A stretch of 64,000 nucleotides of DNA from Hormiphora californensis (GCA_020137815.1 CM035356.1:2914001-2978000); one strand, 5' to 3'. Positions 38,101 to 49,188 are shown, counted from the first letter of the stretch. Notes: a model not told the origin generated them from the sequence alone. Translations and numbers: made by a program.

Positions 38101-41100
38101 TTGCCATCGTCCCGACACACAGAAACTGAAGTGGAAGATTATAAGAGTTGTTGGATATATGAGTCGTGTGAACGACTGAGGAGGGCTCGAGAACTATAAG
38201 ATTCAAGAAAGGAGTGGGAATGGCAGTCTTCACTTACCACTCATTACAGCCGTGTGTTCTTGAGTCGCCGCTTCTGTAGATCTGCCCATTGTGAGAACAG
38301 GAACACTGGGACACTGGTACACACATGCTACCTGAATTCTCATCTAAACAGGGGGGGGGGGGGGGTGATATTGGTACACACATACTACCTGAATTCTCAT
38401 CTAAAGGGGGGGGGGGTGATGTTGGCACACACATACTACCTGAATTCTCATCTAGGGGGGGGGGGTGATGTTGGTACACACATACTACCTGAATTCTCAT
38501 CTAAATGGGGGGGGGGGTGATATTTAGTTTTGAAGAAAATTTTCTGGCATCTGTTTATTTGGATTACTTTGGATGATTCTCACAGTAACAAAGACGGTGG
38601 TCAGTGACTAACTCTAAGAGCGATTGGGTTTGCCAGATAGTTTGTAGATTAGTTGCTAGCTAATTATAGCTAATTATAGCTAATTATAGCTAATTGTTTG
38701 TATTACCTCTTACAGTCCCTGGTGGGCAGAAGCACCCCTCTGAACAAGACAGCCCACACTCCTCCTGATGTTGATAATTCCCACACGTCACGGGGCATGC
38801 CCTTCCACAGGAGCTGTATATCTGGTTACCGGGGCAACTAACCCCGCATCCTGCTGAGGATCCCGCTGACCTCCAATCAATATCCACCCCTGTAGTCCTG
38901 GCACACTCGGTGAAGAAGTGGGAGAGTAGGGAGCAGGTCTGGAGGCCGGGAGGGAGGAGAGAGCAGGTGGTGAGGAGTGAGGGAGGAGAGGGACAGATGT
39001 GGGATAGCTGAGTTATTGCCTGAAAACTATTTCGGGGTTAGAGAAATGGTGAGCATATAGAAAAAGTTATAGCATTTTCCCTGCCCTGGGTGAAAGCCGA
39101 AGGCATTTGCCCGGATGATCTTTCTAGCACTGTGTACTGTAGGGTTTAGAAATCTCGTGTGGCGGTAAGCCGCAAAGTTGATCAAAATTTGTCATGGGGT
39201 GATTAAAAACTGGGCTCTTCCACTGCAAAGTTATTTACTGTTGAAATGAACGCTTTGAACACTTCATCCCTTACAGGATTTGTAATGATCAGCGGATTTT
39301 CAACGTTTGCTGCCACTCAGAGGAGCTAGTGCCAATAAAAACAAGGTAAAACACCCCGTTATATTTAGTTGAGCGGGCCCTCTTTCTCGACTAAAACGGG
39401 AAACAAGTTATTCAAGTTCAAGTGATTGCACTCAGATCTGGTCGGTGTGGCCAGACATTGAATTGTTCATTGAATTGTTCATACTCCAGCCAGACAGGGC
39501 ACGAGTCGGTCACAAAGTTTATCATACATAACTGGAACGCGCCTAACAAGTTTCCTGTGACACTCCGCGCGTTTGTGTGATATTTTTCCCACGGTCGCGA
39601 CCATGGGAAAATAACAAATTTCACGAAATTGAAACCGGAAATGATTAATCCCCAGTTCACCTAAATTTTAGTGATTCATATCCTACCCTTCTCAGGCAAG
39701 TTGTGGACCCCTTGATACATGTTGTAGCAACCCAAGTACCGGGGAATAGCATTCTGTCCGCATAATTACAGGTAATTAGATAATTACCACATGGACTCCT
39801 ACTTAGCAAAATAGTTTGTCAATATATAATGTAGGATTTTATTATGCCTATAAGTTGTACCTGAAAACTTATAACACGAGACCGAAGGTCGAGTGTTATA
39901 AGTACAACAATAATGATCCGAGACCACAGGTCGAGGCAGATTCTTGTACTTTAGTGCACGAGCCTGCGAGTGCCACTAAGTGTAACTACCTCACGAGCCT
40001 GCGAGTGATGTAGTTTTACTTTTTGACCGAGCCTGCGAGGTCTAAAAGTGTAAGAATCTGGGACATTATTGTTGACGTCAGGTACAACGAAAATAGGCAT
40101 AATAAAATTGCATTGTAAAATTTTTAAAACAAGAGTGAGAGACAGTTTAGGGCGTAACAATAGAACGAATTCATGATAAGGTAGCAGGCAGAGATAAGAT
40201 AACGCCTGAGATCTATAGGTAAAGAGAGTGAGAGATTAGCGAGAGTGAGAGAGAGATAAAGAATGTGTGGGTCTGGGAGTTCGTGACTGTTATCTTGATC
40301 TCGGTGTTGCAACGGCTTGAGAGTGTGACATAAAGAAAGAGAGAGAGGGAGTTCGTAAATGATTATCTTTCTAACGGTTTTTAAGTGTGACAGAAACAGT
40401 GGAGTAAGGACTTCTAAGTGCAGCAGTGTTATAAGTTTTCATGTATCACTGGGGGGTGTTATAAGTGAAAACTTATAACACTGGGGGGGTGTTATAAGTG
40501 AAAACTTATAACACTGGGGGGTGTTATAAGTTGTACAAGCAGTGCTACCTAAAGAATTATATTATATCTCAAAATTTTACAATGACAATTACAGATCGCA
40601 TATATATTCACCTTACAAGCCTCACTTCCCTCTTCTGTTGATAATTCTCTGTCATCTCTCTGGCAGTCTCCTGAAAAGTGAAAAACGACATTTTAGTGTA
40701 GAGTCCATTATCAGTTAGAGTTTTACTGTTGATGGGATCCCATTCAGTTAGAGTTTCCCCTTATAATACATACATGTCACTACAATACTCTTTAGTAAAT
40801 ACACCTATATGCACATACAATGTTACCTTTAGACCAAGCCTGAATGAACTCCTCCTCATTCATTGTATCTCCAAATGGATCTACAAAATCGTTGTCAGGA
40901 TTCAGATCGAAGTCACCACACAATCCACAGGTGTTCTGTTCGTGTTCACTGTCTACACTAACCAGCACATTGTCAACACCGTCCCATCGAACTGACAGGT
41001 CCTGAAGAGAGGGGTTGCTATGGTTACGGGGGGAGAGGGTTGCTATGGTTGCCGGGGGGGGGGGTTCTATGGTAACCGGGGGGGGGGGGGTGCTATGGTT

Positions 41101-42816
41101 ACCAGAATACATGCACTGATCATGAACTCACGGCAGCGGTTAGAAAGATTGAGAAGCCAACTTGTTGAACAATGATCTCCCCTGAGCTGTGGGGTAGGAC
41201 CACCAACTCGTCGTTAAACGTCACCCCATCAGACCTCATCTCAACCCGGTGGGATGTGTAGTATACCACTACCTGCAGGAGTACCAGTTAGCGGGGAGGG
41301 GGGGGTAGAGACATATGAAGTATCAGTTAGCAGGGGGGAGTAGAGGCATATGAAAATATGGACAAGATGTATCGAGAGCGATCAGGCGGCAAAAGTGTGA
41401 CAAATGATAAAGCACACGCAGGTAGAATTATTTGAAATCTGACTCATTCCAAAGCTAGGATTCTCAAAATGTGACCCATATTCCAAAGCGAGGATTATGT
41501 AAAATGTGACCCATATTCGATTAGGATTATCAATACCTGTTCTACTCTTGAGGAGTTCACTCCACGCTCCAGCACTACCCGGAATTTCTGTTCCTCCGAA
41601 CAGTCTTTAGTCAGGATATGACTGCAACCCTGAACAGGGACACCATACTCCACCCCATCATATGTGCTCACTCCTCCCGACCAGTAGGAACATTCTCCTG
41701 AGAATTGGGGTTGAGATTAGGGAGGTTTGAGTAAACTAGCTCCTAAATTATAGGGTTGAGATTCGGGAGGTTGACAAAACTATAGCTCCTAATTCCTAAA
41801 TTATAGGGTTGAGATCACCACAATTGTGTTTCTTGGCCTGGGATTGGCCCCGGGGCGCTTGCCAGCGCTGTGATTCGGTTGATCTGACTGAACTAGCTCC
41901 TAAATTATAGGGTTGAGATTCGAGAAGTTTGACAATTTTAGAATTGATATATCAGGGAGTTGAACTCACCATTGCACTTTGACCTGTCACAAACCACTAC
42001 TCCATCCTGACATGAACAAGTCTCACACCCACTGGTTAAAATACCACCCTCTCCACTACAGAGAGCTGCCTTCTGGGGGTCCTGGTTGGGTCCGTGGGCC
42101 ACACTGTCACAATTCTCCCCCGTCCAACCTGGGCAACATTCCCTCGTGGATTCCCTCTTTACCGGAACACGCCTAGGAATTAGGAAAAGCTGATATCATC
42201 TGAATCTATTTTTTATATTCTGTCATGCGATCAGAACAGATAAAATTAAACTATAGATGCACTGATTCGATATACTGAAAATTAGAGAATTAATATATCA
42301 TGTCAATGGTGAAATTATGACTGAAATTATGATTCATACTTTATCCGATGACAAGCCTCTGTAGAATTTTCTGATTTTATCTGACACCTCCCAACTGCTA
42401 TCACTCGAACTGATTCATCTGTCTAGTTTTTAGGGAACAGGAGTTTGTTTAGTTCTACAGATGAAATTTGGAGTCCTAAGACCTAAATTTCGTTTATGAG
42501 TTTATAAGATGCAAACTGAGTTGTAAATTGTATAAACCTTTGTCAGATGAGTGTTATACGTACACCAGTTTCCGACATTTTCGTCTGACCTGAGATAAAA
42601 TAGAAATATTACAACCAGAACATGATAGATAGGCCAGGGATCAAAAGGAGGAACGCTAGAAAAGTGGATTATGAAAAGTGGATTCAGATTAGTGGAAATA
42701 TCAAAAGAATATGACAATATTTATATTATAACCAACCTGACTCCTTTGAGCGAAGTGACAAGTAAAGTACAGCATATTGTTACTAAAACTGTCACAACGT
42801 TGACCTGACGTAACAT
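8663..42816 (-). CDS. Giant secreted gel-forming mucin-like protein: signal peptide, EMI-like, 3x(VWD-C8-TIL), PTS, 3x DNRLRE-like, giant PTS, CTCK (>40 exons, roughly 7,300 aa)
   Basis: Start [25 protein letters not shown] (ATG 42816). VWD motifs [39 protein letters not shown]8 motif [19 protein letters not shown] and [22 protein letters not shown]. 15.7-kb PTS exon. C-terminal knot CTGNC..CKCCQP..C.DG..CSCEPC, with stop TAG at 8663-8665. Some internal exon boundaries are approximate. Confidence 0.9.
9160..24853 (-). repeat. Single 15,694-nt coding exon: PTS tandem array of 27-bp (PSTTTSTTT), 33-bp ([11 protein letters not shown]) and 51-bp ([12 protein letters not shown][F/L]STTT) units
   Basis: ORF 9130..24867 has no frameshift; acceptor ttggtag|G at 24853 and donor AAG|gtatgt at 9160. 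Confidence 0.93.
24720..25941 (-). other. DNRLRE/CBM96-like domain 3 of the mucin
   Basis: Spliced: [88 protein letters not shown]. Motif order matches my recollection of the DNRLRE consensus. Confidence 0.7.
27114..28988 (+). mobile_element. hAT-superfamily (hATm-like) internally deleted DNA transposon
   Basis: Perfect 8-bp TSD AGGTACAG (27106-27113 and 28989-28996) and ~173-bp near-identical TIRs starting TAGAGTGTTGGG. Degenerate transposase remnants: [34 protein letters not shown]. Confidence 0.85.
29092..29165. mobile_element. ~70-bp hairpin MITE-like repeat; related copies at ~5589-5650 and ~26295-26365
   Basis: TTGGTAACGAAATTACCCCT...AGGGGTTATTTCGTTACCAA; the same right arm recurs in two other introns. 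Confidence 0.6.
29910..30793 (-). other. DNRLRE/CBM96-like domain 1 of the mucin
   Basis: [43 protein letters not shown] / [22 protein letters not shown] / KKLDIKT / [15 protein letters not shown]. Confidence 0.62.
31703..32182 (-). repeat. (GACA)n microsatellite filling mucin intron 31679-32186
   Basis: Direct reading. Confidence 0.97.
32760..33001. repeat. 30-bp minisatellite x8 (GGGAGTTACTTGTTACCCTGGTTACCACGT), intronic
   Basis: Direct reading; abuts the acceptor of a mucin D3 exon near 32750. Confidence 0.95.
35713..36402. mobile_element. Unclassified repeat with two abutting inverted-repeat pairs
   Basis: AACTATGAACGTTTGT..CGCGTTAT (35714-35745) pairs with 35882-35913; TTTATGAAACCCGATAGT (35912) pairs with 36385-36402; internal CCGAGGCGCCAGCCGAGG. 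Confidence 0.5.
38310..38522 (-). repeat. 49-57-bp tandem repeat x4 spanning a mucin splice acceptor
   Basis: Cn..AG|ATGAGAATTCAGGTAG(C/T)ATGTGTGT repeated with AG at 38344, 38401, 38452 and 38501. Confidence 0.88.
39850..40537. mobile_element. Unclassified intronic repeat with inverted ends and short internal hairpins
   Basis: TGAAAACTTATAACAC (39862) versus GTGTTATAAGTTTTCA (40426); GACCGAAGGTC and GAGCCTGCGAG motifs; tandem GTTATAAG units at the right end. Confidence 0.5.
41970..42589 (-). other. EMI-like domain at the mucin N-terminus
   Basis: Phase-compatible exons 42538-42589, 42340-42422 and 41970-42172 give [26 protein letters not shown]. Confidence 0.65.
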
Positions 42817-42859
42817 CGCACGTACAGTATGAAAGGAAAAAGAAGTTGAAAAATACTGC

Positions 42860-42905
42860 GATCCACCCTCATGGGACGTGATTGGAGAAGTCACGTGACC
42901 TCCCT
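42860..42905 (-). promoter_or_regulatory. Putative mucin proximal promoter: GTCACGTGAC (42890-42899) next to a CCAAT box
   Basis: About 75 bp upstream of the ATG at 42816; ATTGG at 42881. Confidence 0.5.
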
Positions 42906-43005
42906 ACTCAGAGGGTGGTGCCCCGATTACAAGCGGAGACAGGTGCCTCCTTCTCCTCCTCATCCAGATTTTATTATCTCCCAACCACACGGAACTCCCT
43001 GGAGA

Positions 43006-43009
<4 letters not shown>

Positions 43010-43044
<35 letters not shown>

Positions 43045-43130
43045 CGAGATAGATAGATATAGAGAGATAGATAGCTAGTAGATAGAGATAGAGAGAGAGA
43101 GAGATCTAGAGAGATAGCAGATAGCTAGCT

Positions 43131-43209
<79 letters not shown>

Positions 43210-43275
43210 CTATCTCTCTCTCGCTCTCTCTCTCTCTCGCTCTCTCTCTCTTCTCTCTCGCTCTCTCCCTCTCTC
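43010..43275. repeat. Head-to-head (GA)n/(GATA)n and (CT)n microsatellites
   Basis: Direct reading; orientation flips near 43130. Confidence 0.9.
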
Positions 43276-43519
43276 TGCTCGTTGGTTTTCTTTTTTCTTC
43301 GATCTCTCTCCTCTCGCAAATCCCCCCCAATGACGTGCAGAAGACTCAGTAAACAGGGATGTAACAATGATTACCCCTTCACTTTCAGGAGATAAATAGT
43401 ATAGAACAACCCCATTGCATGGCATGGCACAAACACATTGTCTGAAAGTGGAGCTGGATTTGGAATAGAATATTCTCATATCTCATTGTCAATGTATTTT
43501 GTCAGCTATCTTGTTCTGT

Positions 43520-43800
43520 CCGGTGGCGTCGACTCGATATGAGCGCACTGTCGCTTAGACGCTTGTCAGCGCAGAATTCGTTGGTAAATTTGCGCGTACT
43601 CTGACGTCCAAGTGACAGTAACGCGCGAAAATATTATTTATTAACTTCACTGCGTAGAATCAACACTTGAGGACGCCGCGCGGAGGAAAAACAAAGTTTT
43701 CGGGCGGCGCCGCTCGAAATCTTTTTCCAGCTTTTATTCGCGGACTGTCCGGAATTCAAGCCTTTACTCAATGGGAACTGGGAAAATGCTGACAATCGGT
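43520..43800 (+). promoter_or_regulatory. CpG-rich putative promoter with E2F-like sites
   Basis: High CG density; TTTGCGCG (~43589) and GCGCGAAA (~43623); TGACGT. Confidence 0.35.
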
Positions 43801-44871
43801 AATGTAATGATCTCAATTTTTAAAAACAGTATATATGAACGGTAAACCTTGTCGTGATTGAATTGCGTGGAAAATTAGCGTGGAAAATTTGAGATCTAGT
43901 TCAAAAACTGTTAACTGCGAGCCATAGCGGCTGTAAGAGCTGCATCCTCAATCACTACGGCGTGAAAAACAGCTATTGACGAAGACTCTAATAACATAGG
44001 GATCTGATTATACTCTTCCGCGACCGTCTCGGAATCGGGAATCAAAACTGAAGTTCCTACCTCACCCACGAGTACACAAACCTCGAAAGCAACAAAACTA
44101 CAACTTTTTGCCGGGTAACAAGGCTATGAAACACCCTGCCAAACACAGTGGTAAAGCCGAATTCGGGTTTTCCTTTATTAAATATTTTTCTAAACACATG
44201 ACACAAAGGGGATGTTCCCCCTATTTCAATGAAATTACACCAGATGACCGATACGAACGTGAACTTTTCTCTACACGAGTTTTCTTAAAAGGATCCAATG
44301 GCAACTAGTTATTGAGCACGTTTTTTTCTAAACGAGTTTTTCTCTAATAAACTTTTTCCCTGGTTCAGTCGTACAGTTCTAATATGACTTTTGAAAATCT
44401 TATTTATCTTTGAAAATCTGGGCACCGAGGACGTCTCTTCGATCAACAGAGTGCAACCATGATTGGATAGAATTCAAATGATTGGATAGAATTCAAATGA
44501 TTGGATAGAATTCAAATGTTATATGTATTACTTTGCCTGGCTAGACTGTGTTTCGGAGGGTTAGAACATAACAAATATTACTATGTAATATGGAAACAAA
44601 ATTTTAAGAACCACATGGGTCGCAGAGGATTTGGTTTTCGTATTCCCCAAACAATATGACCAACAACTTGCAGTTTACAATTTCGGTTTTTGTTTTCGTC
44701 TTTTGTTTACAAAAGAATACACACGTCGTCGCTACGTAGGTGTGTGTACTGACGGTGTGTGTGTTCTCTCTGCTTGATGGCATATCAGAGTGCAGGACTT
44801 TTTAAATAGCCCTCCTCCTCACTGCCTCTATTTTCTCTGTACGTGTATCTGTCTCTCTTTCGCTCTCACTG

Positions 44872-44911
<40 letters not shown>

Positions 44912-44926
44912 TCCTCTCTCACTCCC

Positions 44927-44983
<57 letters not shown>

Positions 44984-45059
44984 TTCTTTCTGTCTCCCTT
45001 CTACTCCTCTCTCTCTTCTCTCTTACTCATGCATGATGTATGCGTTTAGCAAGGGACCC

Positions 45060-46790
45060 ATGAGTAAATCCACTACTCCCACTGACCTCCGAGCTGCATT
45101 CAGAAGAGGTGGTCGGTTTGGTGAAACTACTTATGGAGCTGTCCCAGGGTTTGTCCAAGCTAATATTGTGTGTCTTCCTGAACATCTGGCTGGTGATTTC
45201 CAACAGTTTTGCTTGGCAAATTCAGGTCCCTGTCCCTTGTTATTCCAGTCGGAACCTGGTGAGGTCACCGCACCACCATTGGCAGATAACTCTGACATTC
45301 GCACTGACTTATCGGCATATTTGGTAACCCGAGATGAGGGCCACCGGGAACAAGTGGAGAGCTTACTGGGTGAGCCCTGGGAGGGCATTGTTACATTTTA
45401 TCTGGGGTGTAGTTTTTCATTTGATAGTGCACTGTTTTCCAGTGGAGTAAAGCTCAGATCAACCAATGTCGCCATGTATAAAACCAATGTACATTGTATA
45501 AAATCAGGGCCATTTGACTGTCTGCAAGTTGTCTCAATGCGAGCTATACCTTTAGACATGCTTTCAGCTGTAGTCAATATCTCCCAACGAATGAGCTATG
45601 CCCACGGTGCCCCTATTTCCATTGGAAATGGACGAGATATCGGGGTGGATCTAAACTATTCCCCAAATTTTGGGGTCAAGGTTCCCGTTCATGAGGGAGA
45701 GGTGGCGTGTTTCTGGAGCTGCGGTGTGACTGGCATCAGTGCAACATCAGGGTTACCTCTTGCATATAGCCACAGTCCAGGGTGTATGTTTGTATGTGAT
45801 GTGAAGGAGGTTGAGGGTTGGCCTGAGTATCCGGAAGCTGCCGTGGTGTGTATAAGAGATGGGTGGTATGGGTTACTTTCAAAAGATGCACTGGAAAGAA
45901 TTGGTGAAGTTGAGAGAATAATGACGGAAGATCCTGGTGGTAGAGGAATTGGACCGCTCATTTTGAGAGAATGAGTTGGTCAAGGTATGTTTGGATCTAT
46001 CGTTAAGAGGAACCAAAGTTGGCATAATTACAGGTTTTCCACTAGTTTGAAGATACTCCACGTGAAGAGAATGATGGAATTCTTGGAACTGTAGCAATAG
46101 CGGAAGCCCTCCAACGCAATGGTGTTGATGTTACTGTATTTCTTGATGAAGGAGCTGTAATTCTTGGAAAACACATCTCTAAGTTTGCATCCAGTTGTTC
46201 AGGTTACGGAGAAGGTTCTGGAATGTGATCCGCTCAGGGGGTTCTCACATATCATTGCTATTGAGCGAACTTCACCTGCTAGCGATGGACGTCACTACAC
46301 AATGAGAGGACGGGATATCACTCATTTAGTTGGTCTAGCTGGGAAACTGTTCTCAGCTGATAACCCCACAACAATTGGAATTGGCGATGGAGGTAACGAG
46401 TTAGGAATGGGAAAGGTGAAGGATGCGGTCGAGGGGAATGTGAGCCCATCCAAGATCGCATCTAACGTATCAGCGGACTACCTTCTAACGTGTGGTGTTT
46501 CTAACTGGGGTGGTGTTGCTATAGCAACCACTCTTGACATCTTGCGGAGGTGCCCTGTTCACGAGCGGTTCCGTCGCCGTGGTGTTGGGTACCCCACCAC
46601 TGAGATGGGTAGCATCCCGATGGAATGGTTTATGAAGGAGCACATGAAGGCCAACGAGGCAGGATTTAGAGACGGTATAAGTGGGGAGAAGGGAGGGGGT
46701 TCAGTGGATGGTTTGAAGGGGATGATTCATTTTGATGCGTATCAGAGAATGTGTGATCAGGTGGTTAAGGTGAAGGATACTTTCAATTAA
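45060..46790 (+). CDS. DGLUCY: D-glutamate cyclase (C14orf159-like; DUF1445 + DUF4392), intronless, broken by three +1 frameshifts (recoded gene, pseudogene or assembly error)
   Basis: QANIVCLP, NSGPCPLL, DIRTD, FYLGCSFSFD, HGAPI, FWSCGVT, HSPGCMFV, DPGGRGIG; then ITGFP, EENDG, IAIERTSPASDG, GIGDGGNELGMGKV, GVSNWGG, SVDGL. Alternative ATGs at 45033 and 45036. Confidence 0.88.
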
Positions 46791-47643
46791 ACACAATCCT
46801 CCCGGTAAATCGGGGTTTCGGTAAATCGGGGTCCGACTGTACCACGTAACGAGAGCTATATACAAGAACGATTGTTGTGTGCATGGTACGGCATATCTGT
46901 CTTGTGTGTCTGTAGGTTGAGAGGAGATGTTTCAAAGACGAGAAAAGCCGCCGAAAAAGAAGAGAAAAGGATACATTGAGTTCATATGCATGACCATTAT
47001 ATTATGCTTGCATATTTTTTCTTGCTCCTCCTTTTTCAATCTTTGTCTCTCCAATCTTCGTCATCCCCAAACCTCTATAGAGAGCTCTACCACCTTCGTT
47101 GTGGGTTGGCAAATCAAAGTGCCGCTAGATAGCAGAAAGGTGTTCCTAGGTCGGACAAATATGTGTGTGTGTCTTTATGTGTGTGTGGGTATTTGTGTGT
47201 GTGTGTGTGTGGAGGGGGGGGGGCACTAATGGGCTTATAGTTACAGAGCTAAGGTTTGTGTGGAGGGGGAGTTACCTTGGTATCATTACAAACCTTCCCG
47301 CGTATTTTCTCAATTCTCTTACCTCTCCTACATAGTGACCCCGGCCTCTCAGCTCCCCTCACCATCCCCAAAAAGCAATTAACATGTTTTATTTTGCCAT
47401 TCTCCTGTTATAATCTCTCTACATTTTCTACGCACAAACTGTGGACATGGCTGGCTACACTTTTGCAATTCACGAAAATTTAGCTTGCGATTATTCTAGA
47501 AGATAAAACGCTTGGTGCTATTCTAGTAATATTAAATTACAGGGTGTGTAATATTAAATTACTCATTGTTCTGCAGATTAACTGAGCCCCTTCGTTCTGC
47601 AAATTAATTAAAATAACCAATTCTCCCGAGAAGCTATACATCT

Positions 47644-47796
<153 letters not shown>

Positions 47797-47830
47797 CCTC
47801 TAACCAACTATCTCTGCCCCCTCAATAGTA

Positions 47831-48418
47831 ATGGCGTTCAGTGTTCTCTCCAATGTTAACAATCCTACCGAGGCCCAGCTGAGAGAGCGGCAAAAGGAAC
47901 TCTCCAAGGTGGACGGCTCCAAATATGGCAATGACTCGGCGGTCGAGATGGCTTGGGCACAGAAAGCCTTCCGACATACCGAGGTCTACTTCAAGTTGAT
48001 TTCTAATATCGAGTGCACCAAACTAAAGTTAACAAAGCACGATGATGAGATTCACAGCCAGTTTCTCATGGCGTTTCCACGGGTACCCGTGGCAGTGCTA
48101 GACGAGGACAGGATGAAAAGTGTCAGTGCCAAGAGGAGGTGGAGGGCATTCTGTAACCTGTTTGAGAATCACATCGATGATTACAATTTTGGTACTCTAC
48201 TCCGGTTGGACTGTAAGGAGGGGTACAGTGAGAGTAATACCATGCTGGTACCCAGGGTACAGTTCTTGGCCATTGAGATTGCACGCAACCGATTGGGTTT
48301 GAATATGTGTCACTTTGGGAAGAAGGCTGAGGAGAAAACGGAAGAAAAGAAGGAGGATGATGTTTCGTCAGAAAAGAAGGAGGATGATGTTTCGTCAGAT
48401 AAATCAGGAATCGAGTGA
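47831..48418 (+). CDS. PBDC1: Polysaccharide biosynthesis domain-containing 1 (CXorf26/YPL225W family), intronless, 195 aa
   Basis: GNDSAVEMAWA..LKLTKHDDEI..KRRWRAFC..DYNFGTLLRLD..VPRVQFLAIEIARNRLGLN; 27-bp duplication (EKKEDDVSS x2) in the tail. Confidence 0.95.
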   Translation: MAFSVLSNVNNPTEAQLRERQKELSKVDGSKYGNDSAVEMAWAQKAFRHTEVYFKLISNIECTKLKLTKHDDEIHSQFLMAFPRVPVAVLDEDRMKSVSAKRRWRAFCNLFENHIDDYNFGTLLRLDCKEGYSESNTMLVPRVQFLAIEIARNRLGLNMCHFGKKAEEKTEEKKEDDVSSEKKEDDVSSDKSGIE

Positions 48419-49188
48419 ACCAGCGGCATGACTAATGTTCCTTTGGACGGGTGGGATTGGGCTTTTAAAGTTAACTTATTATTTTAGCAACCGAACTCGA
48501 TTAAAAATGGGATTTTTTAACGTTTTTAGTCTTCAACTCTAATTTATTAGACATACACGCATTGCATCATTATGCAGTGGCTGTTGTCATTTTATATGGA
48601 CTATCGCTTGCATCTGTCACGATATAAAATTGTGCAATACATGACACACAGTGTGTAATGTACGGTAACAGCATACAAATGTAATCTGATTGGTGCACTG
48701 TGTATGTTGCAATATTTCTCTGTTGACCTTGTTATGACGAGATAAATGAGAGAAAGAAGAGAGAAAGAGAAAGAAGAGAGAGAAGGAAGAGAGAGAGGGA
48801 GAGAGAGAGAGGGAGAGAGAGAACATGACAATCTCTAATGTGACAGGTGATATTTCAGCAATGATAGCGTATGTGATGTTTTGCATTGTGATCTAAAACA
48901 GATTTGAAATTGAACTCGATTTGGTAAATTGATCCCTTTCCCCAGTTAGTTTTCCAAACTTTATTCCAGAATTTGTATCTCCTACCCTAATGACCCATTA
49001 TGTCGATTATATCCGAATGAGGGGTGTCCCTTTTCTTCCTCTAATTATCTCGCTGTCCCACGTCCCCTCCTTTTCTATCTCTTTCTGTCTTTTTAACTCA
49101 CTCTCTATCTCTTTATCTCTCTATCTCTCTATCTCCCTCTCTCTCTCTCCCTCTCTCTTTCTCTCTCTATCTCTCTATCTCTCTCTCT

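Noticed and set aside
45985-46202. GTATGT...CAG intron as the explanation of the DGLUCY frameshifts
   Set aside because: The donor lies downstream of the first TGA (45972), and the segment encodes conserved TGFP and ExDG motifs.
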